Of a stretch of DNA of 63,325 bases, positions 53,312 through 62,543 are shown piece by piece. The DNA comes from an uncultured Eubacteriales bacterium. Its GTDB lineage: Bacteria > Bacillota_I > Bacilli_A > RFN20 > CAG-288. How positions within the stretch are numbered: the first letter of the stretch is position 1; the number at the start of each line of letters is the position of its first letter. A program made the translations under genes and the position numbers. The notes beneath the pieces were generated by a model. It ran no database searches. It saw only the letters and a list, made by a program, of their open reading frames with translations, and had not been told where the DNA came from. The DNA lies in contig ONBI01000016.1 in assembly GCA_900316035.1 (NCBI GenBank), forward strand, positions 1-63,325, in the 5' to 3' direction.

Positions 53312-54823
53312 ATGGAAGAAAAAACAGAACAGGTAACAGAGACGAATACGGTACTGCAGGAAAAACCGGTTAAGACAAGCTCGGCGGTATGGCTTGGTGC
53401 TGCTAATGCGGCTACCGGTCTGCTCTGCGCCTTTGCCGAAGGCTCAGCTTTCCAGTATCTTTTTGTCAATAAGCTTGGGCTTGATACCGGCTTAAACAAC
53501 ATCATCTGGATTCTTTTCGGTATCTGGAATGCTGTCAACGATCCTATTTACGGATTCTTAGCCGACCGCACGCATTCGAAACTAGGACGCCGCCGTCCTT
53601 GGATCCGCTATGGTGCACCGTTCATGGCTTTGATCTACGCTCTCATGTGGTTATCCTTCCCGAACATGCAGGGCGTTCAGTGGTTCCTATTCATCCAGGA
53701 ATTCTTAGGTCTTTTCCTCTACGATATCTTCTATACCGCTATCGCTTCGGCTATCTACGTCATGCCTTATGAAATGGCAGTCACCAACAAAGCCAGAAAC
53801 AAGATCTTCCTTATCAATATTGCTTTCTCCGTCATCAACTACGGCGCTCCGATGGTCCTTAACTCCATGCTCGACGATATGATCAAAGGAAACTATGAGA
53901 TGTTCTGTATCGCGATGGCTATCGGGGGTATTGTCTGCTCGGCGGTTGTCTTCGCTTCGACTTTCTTCTATAAGGAGAATGGCTACGTTCAGGAAGAGAA
54001 ACAGCCGAAATTCTGGGAAGGCCTTAAGATGTGCCTGAAGAACAAGTCCTTCCTTCTCTTCGAAGTTGTCTCTTGGACCGTCATCTTTGCACAGAGTGCC
54101 TTGATGGTCGGCTTAACCTATCTTACCGGTATGTGGGCTAACGAAAATGTCACTGCGGATGGCTGGTTAGGCGGCACTTCCATCTATGTTCTCTATGGCG
54201 CTATCGCTTTAGGTCTTATCCTCTTCATCGTCCTCTTTGTCAAAATGACCCCGAAGTGGGGAACACGTACGAGCATTCTTATCGCACTAGGTACTATGGC
54301 TATCGGTTGTCTTTTAGGTTCCTTCTTAGGAAGATACTTCTATATCACGGTTCTTACTTTCTTCTGCTGTGGAGCCGGTTTAGCCGGTGGTATCTATCTC
54401 ATCCCTCTGATCAACGGCGATGTCATGGATAAAGATGAGATGGATAACGGTCACAGAAGAGAAGGAGTCTATGCCGGTATCAACTCCCTGATCACCAAAC
54501 CGGCTATGTCGATTGCTACCTCTATCTTCCCACCTCTTATCGGTGCCTTCGGATTCCAGTTCAACCTCAATAACGAAGACGGGACCACCAACTTCTTAGC
54601 GCAGAGTACGACTGCGAAGGATTGGTTCTTCTTCTGCTGGTTATTTATCACCGGTATTCTTCTTGTTCTCTCCTTTGTCGCTATGTGGTTCTATCCGCTA
54701 CACGGCAAAGAATGGGATAAAGCCAAAGCCGACCTTGCTCAGGAACACGCGAAGAAAGAAGCTGCCTATGAGCAGGAGATGCTCAGGAAAATTCAGGCTT
54801 CTTCTACTAACGAACAGAAGTAA
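53312..54823 (+). CDS. MFS transporter, glycoside-pentoside-hexuronide (GPH) cation symporter family
   Basis: NAVNDPIYGFLADRTHSKLGRRRPWI GPH signature and about 12 TM helices. Confidence 0.85.
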   Translation: MEEKTEQVTETNTVLQEKPVKTSSAVWLGAANAATGLLCAFAEGSAFQYLFVNKLGLDTGLNNIIWILFGIWNAVNDPIYGFLADRTHSKLGRRRPWIRYGAPFMALIYALMWLSFPNMQGVQWFLFIQEFLGLFLYDIFYTAIASAIYVMPYEMAVTNKARNKIFLINIAFSVINYGAPMVLNSMLDDMIKGNYEMFCIAMAIGGIVCSAVVFASTFFYKENGYVQEEKQPKFWEGLKMCLKNKSFLLFEVVSWTVIFAQSALMVGLTYLTGMWANENVTADGWLGGTSIYVLYGAIALGLILFIVLFVKMTPKWGTRTSILIALGTMAIGCLLGSFLGRYFYITVLTFFCCGAGLAGGIYLIPLINGDVMDKDEMDNGHRREGVYAGINSLITKPAMSIATSIFPPLIGAFGFQFNLNNEDGTTNFLAQSTTAKDWFFFCWLFITGILLVLSFVAMWFYPLHGKEWDKAKADLAQEHAKKEAAYEQEMLRKIQASSTNEQK

Positions 54824-54845
54824 TCCTTTTTTCGGCAAAAGATCT

Positions 54846-54872
54846 GCGGCAGAGAGATCTGCCGCTTTTTTT
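54846..54872 (+). terminator. rho-independent terminator
   Basis: gcggcaga-gaga-tctgccgc followed by T7. Confidence 0.85.
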
Positions 54873-55144
54873 CTGTTCCCACTTCACCGTTTCATAGACA
54901 TTCGTTTTTCTTGCTGCCAGGCTCTCAGCGATTTTCCATGGACAATTCTGCTCTTTCCCTCCTGAACTTGAGAAGAATCGCGGGGAATGTTTTTCTTTTT
55001 TTAGGCAGGAAGGAAAAGCTGTATGATGGATTTACTTTTGCGGTTAGCTTAGCTTCTTCTTCGGCTCTTTCTTTGGTAGAATGAAGCAAAGAGATCCACT
55101 TTCGGATAATTCGTTTGAAACCAGTTCAAGAAAGGAGCCTTCTT

Positions 55145-56101
55145 ATGAAAAAGATTTATTCTTTGTCCCTTCTTCTTCTCTCTTTGCTCGCTTTTACTTC
55201 CTGTGGAGAAAAGGAATCTTCTGCTTCTTCCGGTATTCCATCTTCTCCTGTTGCTTCCGATTCGGAAAATAATAATAGCCCTGTCGTTTCCACATCCGAT
55301 TCCTCCATAACAGAATTGAGCGAAGTCTTAGAAAACGGAAATCTTGCCTGGGATAAAAAAGGAGAGACCAAGGTCGCTAAAGGTAGGGAGGAAGATTTTT
55401 CCTTTGTAGCGGTAGATGGGATATCTTTCTCTTTGAAGAACGCATTCGGTGTTACGGATGCTAAGGTCACTGTCACATCTTCGAAGGAATCCGTGATTCC
55501 TTCGGGTGCTATCACCTACAATCTGAAAACAAGCGGAACGAGCAATGTTCTTTTGGGTGGCAATGTTCAGTTCGACCTGAAGGCAGTCTCTTTAGGAACT
55601 ACTTATATCACCCTGAATTTTGTAAGTACGACAGGTTCTTCTGCAAAAGGAACGATTGTGAAAAAAGTAGAAGTCGTTTCCTTCGGAGAAGTATCGACAA
55701 TCCATTACTCCCAGACGGTGAAGTTCGATTATTCCTCTGTTTCCGGTTCCCTGTGGACCAGTTTCTCTAAGGGAAAAGTCCAGTATTCTTTCGATGCTCC
55801 CTATGGAAGTGATATCTACGAAGAAGCAACGAAACAATATGCGGTGGATACCGAAAATAGGACGATGAGTGTTACTTTCAGCGCAATTCCGGAGGTCCCT
55901 GTCTATCTTTCGGCTTCCTATACCAAGGATGAAGAAGGACATATTCAGCATCTTGCCATAGAGCAACCGGGTGGTTCTACTTTGAAGAAAACAGGATACA
56001 CGATAACAAAAGACACGTATAACCAGGCAGCTATCCTCACCTTCGGTTCGGCAACCGTAACCAGTGCAATAACGGTGAAGATACTGAATAAAACAGCGTA
56101 A
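55145..56101 (+). CDS. lipoprotein of unknown function
   Basis: MKKIYSLSLLLLSLLAFTSC lipobox followed by a Ser-rich linker. ATG at 55145 follows AAAGGAG. Confidence 0.6.
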   Translation: MKKIYSLSLLLLSLLAFTSCGEKESSASSGIPSSPVASDSENNNSPVVSTSDSSITELSEVLENGNLAWDKKGETKVAKGREEDFSFVAVDGISFSLKNAFGVTDAKVTVTSSKESVIPSGAITYNLKTSGTSNVLLGGNVQFDLKAVSLGTTYITLNFVSTTGSSAKGTIVKKVEVVSFGEVSTIHYSQTVKFDYSSVSGSLWTSFSKGKVQYSFDAPYGSDIYEEATKQYAVDTENRTMSVTFSAIPEVPVYLSASYTKDEEGHIQHLAIEQPGGSTLKKTGYTITKDTYNQAAILTFGSATVTSAITVKILNKTA

Positions 56102-56185
56102 CTGGCTGTCAATGGGAAAAGAGCATCTTAGACGACATCCGATTCCGCATTCGGTATAATGAAAATAATGAAGGAGGAAGAAACA

Positions 56186-56491
56186 ATGATCAAAGTCTAT
56201 GGTATGCCGTCTTGTCCTTATTGCGCCTATGTGAAAAAACAAATCGAAGGAAACAAGAACTTCGTCTATTACGATATCGGTAGCGATGTTCATCTTCTCC
56301 ATGAATTCTTGGAATTCAGAGACCATGATCCGGCTTTTGTTCCCTATAAAGAAGAAGGCGATGTCGGTATTCCGGCCTTTGTCTTAGAAAACGGCAAGGT
56401 CACTTTGGAACCGAGTGAAGTCGGACTTCACTCCTATTCCGAAGTGCTGAAAGCGAAGAAATCCTGCCGTCTAGACGGAAAAGGCTGCTAG
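56186..56491 (+). CDS. glutaredoxin-like (NrdH/Grx-type) thioredoxin-fold protein
   Basis: MIKVYGMPSCPYCAYVKK contains a CPYC redox motif. ATG at 56186 follows GAAGGAGGA. Confidence 0.7.
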   Translation: MIKVYGMPSCPYCAYVKKQIEGNKNFVYYDIGSDVHLLHEFLEFRDHDPAFVPYKEEGDVGIPAFVLENGKVTLEPSEVGLHSYSEVLKAKKSCRLDGKGC

Positions 56492-56581
56492 TCTAAGTTA
56501 TGTCCTTGGGGTATTTCATCCATACCCCTTTTTCAATGAAATCGCCTTTTTCGGAGTAAGATAATAGCGGAGAAAAAGAAG

Positions 56582-56974
56582 ATGATTCTAGAGACTCTGA
56601 AACTGGAAGAAGGAAAAATCACTGCTACTTTCAAGCAAGGTAAAGAGGAAATCTCTTTTTCTCTGGAAGAGGACGAAACGATTCCCTGTGACTCTCTTGG
56701 AGAAGAGGATAGAAAAGTCTATTGTTTTCTATCGGCACTTCAGGAATACGCGCTAGCTTCCGAAGTAGACGCAGAAGAACTCTCCTCTTTCTTCAACGAA
56801 CACTTCGCAGGTCGCTCTCTGGACGAATACGAAGATCCACGAGGTTTCCTAAAAGAACTGGAAGAAACTTCTTCTCCTTCTAGGATTAGCGACGATGACG
56901 ATACTTGGGAGGATAGCTGGGAAAACTCGGCCCCTCATTATGCTTCTTCCGATATGGCCGAGAAGAAAGGATAA
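56582..56974 (+). CDS. acidic hypothetical protein
   Basis: 130-aa ORF rich in Glu and Asp. I recognise no family. Confidence 0.4.
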   Translation: MILETLKLEEGKITATFKQGKEEISFSLEEDETIPCDSLGEEDRKVYCFLSALQEYALASEVDAEELSSFFNEHFAGRSLDEYEDPRGFLKELEETSSPSRISDDDDTWEDSWENSAPHYASSDMAEKKG

Positions 56975-56982
56975 AGAAAAAT

Positions 56983-57498
56983 ATGGAGTTTCTCGATTTA
57001 GCAAAAAGCCGTTATTCGACTAGAAAATTCAGCGAGAGAAAAGTCTCTAAGGACGACTTAGAGAAGATACTCGAAGCCGGAAGAGTAGCACCGACGGCGA
57101 AGAATCTTCAGCCTTTCAAGGTCTATGTGATTCAATCCGAAGAAGGACTTTCGAAAGTTGATCAGATCACGGTCTGCCGTTATCAGGCAAAGACGGTTTT
57201 ACTGATCGGCTACTATGTTTCGAAAGCCTATGTCTATCCGGAAGAGAGAAAACGTTTCGATTCCGGTGTGGAAGACTGCACGATTGTTCTCACCCATATG
57301 ATGTTAGAAGCAGCATCCTTAGGAATTCAGTCCTGTTATCTCAATCGCTTCTCGCCTCTCAAAGCAAAAGAAGTCTTCTCTTTCGAAGAAGACTTCATGC
57401 CGGTAGCGATGCTGGATTTAGGGTACGAAGTTGAGCATCGTATCGCTCCTCTTCATGAAGCGAAGAAGAGCAAAGAAGAATTGTTTGAAGAAATCTGA
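56983..57498 (+). CDS. nitroreductase family protein
   Basis: AKSRYSTRKFSERKVSKDDLEKILEAGRVAPTAKNLQPF is a typical nitroreductase N-terminus. Confidence 0.8.
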   Translation: MEFLDLAKSRYSTRKFSERKVSKDDLEKILEAGRVAPTAKNLQPFKVYVIQSEEGLSKVDQITVCRYQAKTVLLIGYYVSKAYVYPEERKRFDSGVEDCTIVLTHMMLEAASLGIQSCYLNRFSPLKAKEVFSFEEDFMPVAMLDLGYEVEHRIAPLHEAKKSKEELFEEI

Positions 57499-58005
57499 TT
57501 GAGAAACAAATTCTTTAAAAGAGAGAAAAGTGGAAGCTATTTTTACTTTGCAAACTCTGCGTGAACCACGAAGAACTTATCTCACTTAGAACGGATATAC
57601 ATCTTCGTAAAGAGACTATAGGGAACTCCTTCTTCCGGATATCCTTCGAGATAGCTTTTCTGTGTGATGTTGATGAGCTTATCGCAATAGGTCGGAAGTT
57701 CTTTTCACTCTTACCGTTTTCCATGTATTTCTCTCTACAGGCGAAAACATCTGGAAGATCGAGATTGTTCCACGGATTGGTTTCCTTCTTCCTCTCTCTT
57801 CTTAGACAGGATAAGCCTGCACCTATCTCTACGGCTAAGGCATTGCACAAAAGAGGAATACGGGAGGTCTTACACCGCCCTTCCTTTGCTGGACAAAAGA
57901 GTTCCTGAAAAGTTTTTGCTTCGATTTTCGTGAAGAAGAAGGAAAACAGGGGACTTTGTGCAGTATAGTATTTTCAGAAGAGAGACGACAACGAGGAGAA
58001 CAACT

Positions 58006-58869
58006 ATGAAAATTGCGATATCTGCCGAATCCACTATCGATTTACCGAAAAACCTTCTAGCCGAATTCGATATCCATACGGTTCCTTTTACGATTCTTTT
58101 AGGAGACCAGGTAGAAAAAGACGGTGAAGTCACTCCGGAGACGATGTTTGCTTATACCGATAAAACCGGAGTCTTACCGAAGACCAGCGCGGTCAACACC
58201 TATCAGTATGAAGAGCATTTCAAGAAGCTTTTCGAAGAAGGCTATGAAGCTATTATCCATTTTTCTTTGAGTTCCGGTATTTCCTCCGCTTATGCCAATG
58301 CCTGTTCGGTCGCTTCGAAGTTGAAGAATGTCTATGTCATCGATACGAAATCTTTATCGACGGGTATCGCTTTACAGGCTATCTATGGAAGAAGACTTGC
58401 CGATGCAGGTAAAGATCCGGAGACGATTGATAAACTCTGCGAAGAAAGAAAGAAAAACTGTCAGGCTTCTTTCTCCTTAGAGTCGGTTAACTATCTCTAT
58501 AAGGGTGGAAGATGCTCGGCTTTAGCGATGATCGGCGCGAATCTTCTCCATCTGAAACCGGAGATCTATGTCCATTCCGACGATGGCAAGATGTACCCGG
58601 GAAGAAAACTCCGCGGTCCGATGCTCAAGGTCATCAACACCTATATCGATGATGTCTTTGCAAAGTATCCTGCTTTTGATCCTTATATTGCTTTCACAAC
58701 CTTCTCTTCGGCTCCCGAGGAAGTTGTCGAAGCCGTCAAGAAGAGACTCTATGACAAGGGTTTCAAGAGAGTCGAAGCTACCTTTGCCGGTGGAACGATT
58801 TCTTCGCACTGCGGTCCGCACTGCCTCGGTATTCTCTATTATGCCGATGGTGAGCAGAAGTTAGATTAG
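58006..58869 (+). CDS. DegV family fatty-acid-binding protein
   Basis: MKIAISAESTIDLP..., LSSGISSAY and GPHCLGILY. ATG at 58006 follows AGGAG. Confidence 0.85.
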   Translation: MKIAISAESTIDLPKNLLAEFDIHTVPFTILLGDQVEKDGEVTPETMFAYTDKTGVLPKTSAVNTYQYEEHFKKLFEEGYEAIIHFSLSSGISSAYANACSVASKLKNVYVIDTKSLSTGIALQAIYGRRLADAGKDPETIDKLCEERKKNCQASFSLESVNYLYKGGRCSALAMIGANLLHLKPEIYVHSDDGKMYPGRKLRGPMLKVINTYIDDVFAKYPAFDPYIAFTTFSSAPEEVVEAVKKRLYDKGFKRVEATFAGGTISSHCGPHCLGILYYADGEQKLD

Positions 58870-58892
58870 TTTCTTGTTGCAGAAACGAAAAA

Positions 58893-58928
58893 GAAGAAGA
58901 TAGCGCTAGAGCCGTCTTCTTCTTTTTT
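58893..58928 (+). terminator. rho-independent terminator after the DegV gene
   Basis: gaagaaga...tcttcttc followed by TTTTTT. Confidence 0.7.
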
Positions 58929-58954
58929 CTTGAGTTTGTTTCTTTAAGAAGCGA

Positions 58955-59169
58955 TTAAGCTTCTACGAATTTACCTTCGTTAGTTACCTTATAGACACGG
59001 TCAGCAATCCTCCTCGTGGAAGAACGGTGGGAGATAAGAAGGATAGAGCCATCTTCTCAGCTTTCTTCCAGCGCTTCGAGGAGGATTCCTTCGCTGATGC
59101 ATCGATGTTATCAACCCCTTCCTTAGGAAGCTGTGTGAAAGAAGCGACATCGGTGCGGATTCCTTTCAA
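58955..59169 (-). pseudogene. C-terminal remnant of an ABC transporter ATP-binding/exporter gene
   Basis: One - frame reads EDGSILLISHRSSTRRIADRVYKVTNEGKFVEA*, the H-loop and end of an ABC ATPase. Upstream pieces (LPKEGVDNIDASAKE, GILLEALEES*) lie in other frames and contain a stop. The Walker and signature motifs are absent. Confidence 0.5.
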
Positions 59170-59175
59170 GAAAAA

Positions 59176-59607
59176 CTATTCTTCTTTTCTCTGTTTCTCC
59201 AGTTGAGAATTGAGTTTCTCGGCTTCCGCTTTTCCTAAAAGATACTCGCCAAAGCAGATAGCAAAGAAGATGAATAGGATTCCTCCTTCAATAAAGAGAA
59301 TAGCTAAAGGATTTTGAAAATCAAACCAGGAGAAAAGATAACCGAAAAGAAGCACGATACCGTCGATATAGATAAAGTGGAAGATTCTTCTTAGGATGAG
59401 ACCGAGAGGAGAAGGTTCTTTCTTAGAAAGATAGAAGAAGTTACCGAGTGTTGCTAAGAAAGAAACAAGGAGGAACTCCCAGACGATCACGATAGAAACG
59501 GCCGTATCCCAGGAATGGAAGATGGTGATATATAAAGCCGCACAGATGGAAGTCCCTAAGAAAATCAGAGCGAAGACACGGAGACAATCTAAGATAAACC
59601 ATTTCAT
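59176..59607 (-). CDS. four-TM membrane protein (DUF3021-like), partner of the LytTR protein
   Basis: 143 aa with 4 hydrophobic helices and a charged tail. It overlaps the LytTR gene stop by 4 nt. Confidence 0.6.
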   Translation of the reverse strand: MKWFILDCLRVFALIFLGTSICAALYITIFHSWDTAVSIVIVWEFLLVSFLATLGNFFYLSKKEPSPLGLILRRIFHFIYIDGIVLLFGYLFSWFDFQNPLAILFIEGGILFIFFAICFGEYLLGKAEAEKLNSQLEKQRKEE

Positions 59608-60059
59608 TTTTCTTCCTCCTTACTAAGACCTAATTTCTTCTTCAGCTCCGGAACGTATTGCCTTGAGATGATAATCTTCTCTCCGTTATCCAGCCACGCC
59701 TGAAAACGTCCGGAGAAAGCAGGAGCAAAACGTTCGATCTTATCGAGATTGACGATCTGTGCTTTCGAAGAGCGGAGAAAGGAAGAAGGGAGTTCTTCTT
59801 CCAGTTCATAGAGTTTCTTTTTGACGGAGTAGACTTCCTTTTTGGCATAGAGAAAGACTTTGTCATCCACGCTATCGAAATAATAGATATCCTCCTTCTT
59901 CAACCAGAGGAAACGGTTATCCTTGGAAGAAGCCAGTATCTGATAGTCTTTACTTTGTATCTTTTCTAAGAATGCAGCGATCTGAGGTGTAATCTGATGA
60001 AGACGGAGAAGAATCTCCTCTTCTTGAGAGTACGGTATCTCTTCTTTGGTTATTTTCAT
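59604..60059 (-). CDS. stand-alone LytTR family DNA-binding protein
   Basis: YYFDSVDDKVFLYAKKEVYSVKKKLYELEEELPSSFLRSSKAQIVNLDKI is a LytTR domain. There is no receiver domain. Confidence 0.8.
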   Translation of the reverse strand: MKITKEEIPYSQEEEILLRLHQITPQIAAFLEKIQSKDYQILASSKDNRFLWLKKEDIYYFDSVDDKVFLYAKKEVYSVKKKLYELEEELPSSFLRSSKAQIVNLDKIERFAPAFSGRFQAWLDNGEKIIISRQYVPELKKKLGLSKEEEK

Positions 60060-60973
60060 TCCGGTTTTCCTTCTTTCTTTATTTTAAAGGAGTGGGAGGC
60101 TTTTAAATAGGTAAAGAGAAGATAAAGAAGAAGCAGAACCAAACAGGTGAGAAGAACCATCAGTACCATTACCCAAGTCGAGATTTCTTTTCCGTTAAAA
60201 GAGAAAGAAGCGTCCAAGCTTTCCGCTGTTGTCTTAGCGACTTCTTCTCCGAATTCTTCCTTCACTTCCTCTAACGGCAGAGAAAGCATGGTTTTTCTAA
60301 GTAAAGAAGTCATGTGGGTGCTAGGAAGAAAAAGAAGAACGTTCTGTAATCCTTCTGAGAAAGAATGAATCGGAACATAACTGCCGATCAAAAAGCCATA
60401 GGCGGAAGAGACTAAGGCAGAGATAGCGGAAAGAGCACTTTCGCTTTTGACAAAGACATTGACAAAAGAAGAAAGGGAAGTACCGAAAAGAGAAAGGAGT
60501 GCAATCTCTAGCAATAGTAGAAACATCATCTTTGCATCTAGATATCCGCCTTGAAAGAAAAGATAAAGGATTCCGAAAAAGGCAGTGGCAAGACAAAGAA
60601 GGAAACTCGCTAAGAAACTGGCGACAAAGTAGGAGAGGAAAAGAGTCGGCTTTCTTACAGGCGTAAGAAGGAAATCATCCATCGCTCCGGAGAGTTCATC
60701 CCGAATCATTCGCATATTGGAAGTAAAGGAAATCGTGACGCCGCTTACCGCGAGTAAAGAAGAAACAAGCTCACCTCCAGTTAAGGAGTTGGCTAATTTG
60801 GTAGATATAGTTCCTTCCGGAAAATACGAAAGCAAAGAATCGGTTGTCATCTTCCCTAAGAAGGTGAGATAGAGAACCAGAAGAACAAGAGGGGAAATCA
60901 AAGAAGTGAAGAAGGCCATCTTATCGGAAAAGTACATCTTCATGTTGCGTCTTACTAAGATCCAAAAATTCAT
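60056..60973 (-). CDS. ABC-2 type transporter permease
   Basis: 305 aa with about 6 TM helices, translationally coupled on both sides. Confidence 0.75.
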   Translation of the reverse strand: MNFWILVRRNMKMYFSDKMAFFTSLISPLVLLVLYLTFLGKMTTDSLLSYFPEGTISTKLANSLTGGELVSSLLAVSGVTISFTSNMRMIRDELSGAMDDFLLTPVRKPTLFLSYFVASFLASFLLCLATAFFGILYLFFQGGYLDAKMMFLLLLEIALLSLFGTSLSSFVNVFVKSESALSAISALVSSAYGFLIGSYVPIHSFSEGLQNVLLFLPSTHMTSLLRKTMLSLPLEEVKEEFGEEVAKTTAESLDASFSFNGKEISTWVMVLMVLLTCLVLLLLYLLFTYLKASHSFKIKKEGKPE

Positions 60974-61887
60974 TCTGTTCTCTCCTTGTTCTGGATGACC
61001 TGAAGAAAGACTTCATCCATTCCACCTTCTTTGACTTCAAACCGGCTAAGCCATTCGGGATGCATCGAAAGAAGTGAGTAAGCTTCTTCACTGCCTCTGC
61101 AGGTGATCCTCACTCCCGAAGAAGTCTTCTCTATCGGATTCGGAAGTGTGAGTTCTTCTTTCTTTACTCCATAAAGATGAAGATAGGTTTTCGTGTATTT
61201 CTTCCGCAGTTCTTCGGCACTCCCTTTGGCTGCAATCTCTCCTTTTTCAAGGATGATAACATCATCGGCATCTTCGGCCTCTTCCATATAGTGAGTCGTT
61301 AGGAAAAGAGTGAGATTCTCTTCTTTCCTCAGTCTTTCGAGTTCTCCCCACAAAGCTTTTCTGGTTTCCGGGTCTAGACCGGTTGTCGGTTCATCGAGAA
61401 TCAGAAGTTTAGGCTTTAAGAGAAGTGCTCTTGCAATATCGATTCTTCTTCTCTCTCCACCCGAGAATGGTTTCAGAGGTCTTTTCAATAAAGAAGTAAA
61501 AGAAAGTTCGTTTGCCAGTTCTTCGATTCTTCTCTCGGCATCCTCTTTCTTCATTCCGTAGAGTCTTGCTCTTGTAAGAAGATTCTCTTTTACCGAAAGA
61601 GGACTATCGAGAACCGAATTCTGGAAGACAAGACCGAATTTCTTCTGCTCTTCGATTCTTTCTTTTTCGGAGAACCTGGAAATATCTTTCCCATCTCTTA
61701 ATATCACTCCGGAATCCGGAGGAAGAATCCCGGCAATCATCTTGATCGTAGTGGATTTTCCAGCTCCGTTCTCTCCTAAGAAAGCGAAGAAGGAACCTCT
61801 CTTCACTTCAAAAGAAAGATCCTTTACGGCCGTAATATTCTTAAACGTTTTCTTTAAGTGCTTTACTTCTAAGATGGCATCACCCAT
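60970..61887 (-). CDS. ABC transporter ATP-binding protein
   Basis: Walker A GENGAGKST, signature FSGGERRR and Walker B LLILDEPT. Confidence 0.9.
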   Translation of the reverse strand: MGDAILEVKHLKKTFKNITAVKDLSFEVKRGSFFAFLGENGAGKSTTIKMIAGILPPDSGVILRDGKDISRFSEKERIEEQKKFGLVFQNSVLDSPLSVKENLLTRARLYGMKKEDAERRIEELANELSFTSLLKRPLKPFSGGERRRIDIARALLLKPKLLILDEPTTGLDPETRKALWGELERLRKEENLTLFLTTHYMEEAEDADDVIILEKGEIAAKGSAEELRKKYTKTYLHLYGVKKEELTLPNPIEKTSSGVRITCRGSEEAYSLLSMHPEWLSRFEVKEGGMDEVFLQVIQNKERTE

Positions 61888-62038
61888 AGCTTTTTCTCCT
61901 TGGACGCCTCTGTTATAAGGAGAAAAAGAAAAGGAAAAAAGGTTCCTTTCGGTAAGTTGCTAAAGGGAGGGGGTAAGTTGCATGAGAGACATGAAAAAGG
62001 AGAGAACCCTATCGCAAGGAATCCTCTCCTTTCTCTAT

Positions 62039-62455
62039 CTATTGATGATTATGCTGCTTCTTCTGACAGTCCGGACAAAGCCCGTAAATCTCGGTGTTAT
62101 GGTCTAAAATCTGATAACCGGTCTCTTGGGTGAGTTTTTCGTTGGCTTCCTGATACGGACAATCGGGAAGCGGAATCTTCCTATGACAGGAAACACAGAC
62201 TAAGACATGTTCGTCTTCCTTTTTCTCTAAGGAGAAAACATATTCTCCTTGGCTGTTGATCTCTTTCTTGACGACTTTATGTTCCACTAAAGTGTTCAGA
62301 GTCCGATAAACCGTTGAAAGAGCCATCTCCTTATTAGGAAGACGGGAATAGAGAGTTTCCGCGGTCAAAGGATATTTTTCTTTTTCTAAAGCTTCATAGA
62401 CAAGCTTTCTCTCTTTGGTCTTCTTCAGACCGTTTTCTTTGAATGGATCGTTCAT
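62039..62455 (-). CDS. Fur family transcriptional repressor (Zur-like by context)
   Basis: Winged-helix N-terminus (RKLVYEALEKEKYPLTAETLYSRL) and two CxxC pairs (CVSCHRK, CPDCQKK). It is divergent from a zinc-type SBP gene. Confidence 0.8.
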   Translation of the reverse strand: MNDPFKENGLKKTKERKLVYEALEKEKYPLTAETLYSRLPNKEMALSTVYRTLNTLVEHKVVKKEINSQGEYVFSLEKKEDEHVLVCVSCHRKIPLPDCPYQEANEKLTQETGYQILDHNTEIYGLCPDCQKKQHNHQ

Positions 62456-62462
62456 TTTTTGC

Positions 62463-62491
62463 TTGACTTCTTTTCTTGAGACTTCTATATT
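62463..62491 (+). promoter_or_regulatory. sigma-70-type promoter of the metal uptake gene
   Basis: TTGACT (62463-62468), a 17-nt spacer, then TATATT (62486-62491). Confidence 0.6.
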
Positions 62492-62496
62492 CTAAC

Positions 62497-62511
62497 TGCA
62501 AATCATTTGCA
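62497..62511. promoter_or_regulatory. 7-1-7 inverted repeat TGCAAAT-c-ATTTGCA, candidate Fur-family (Zur) box
   Basis: Perfect 7-1-7 palindrome just downstream of the -10 element, extendable to 9 of 10 per arm (aaCTGCAAATcATTTGCAAtt). Confidence 0.6.
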
Positions 62512-62543
62512 ATTCAACATTTCTCTCAAGGAGATTCTATAGA

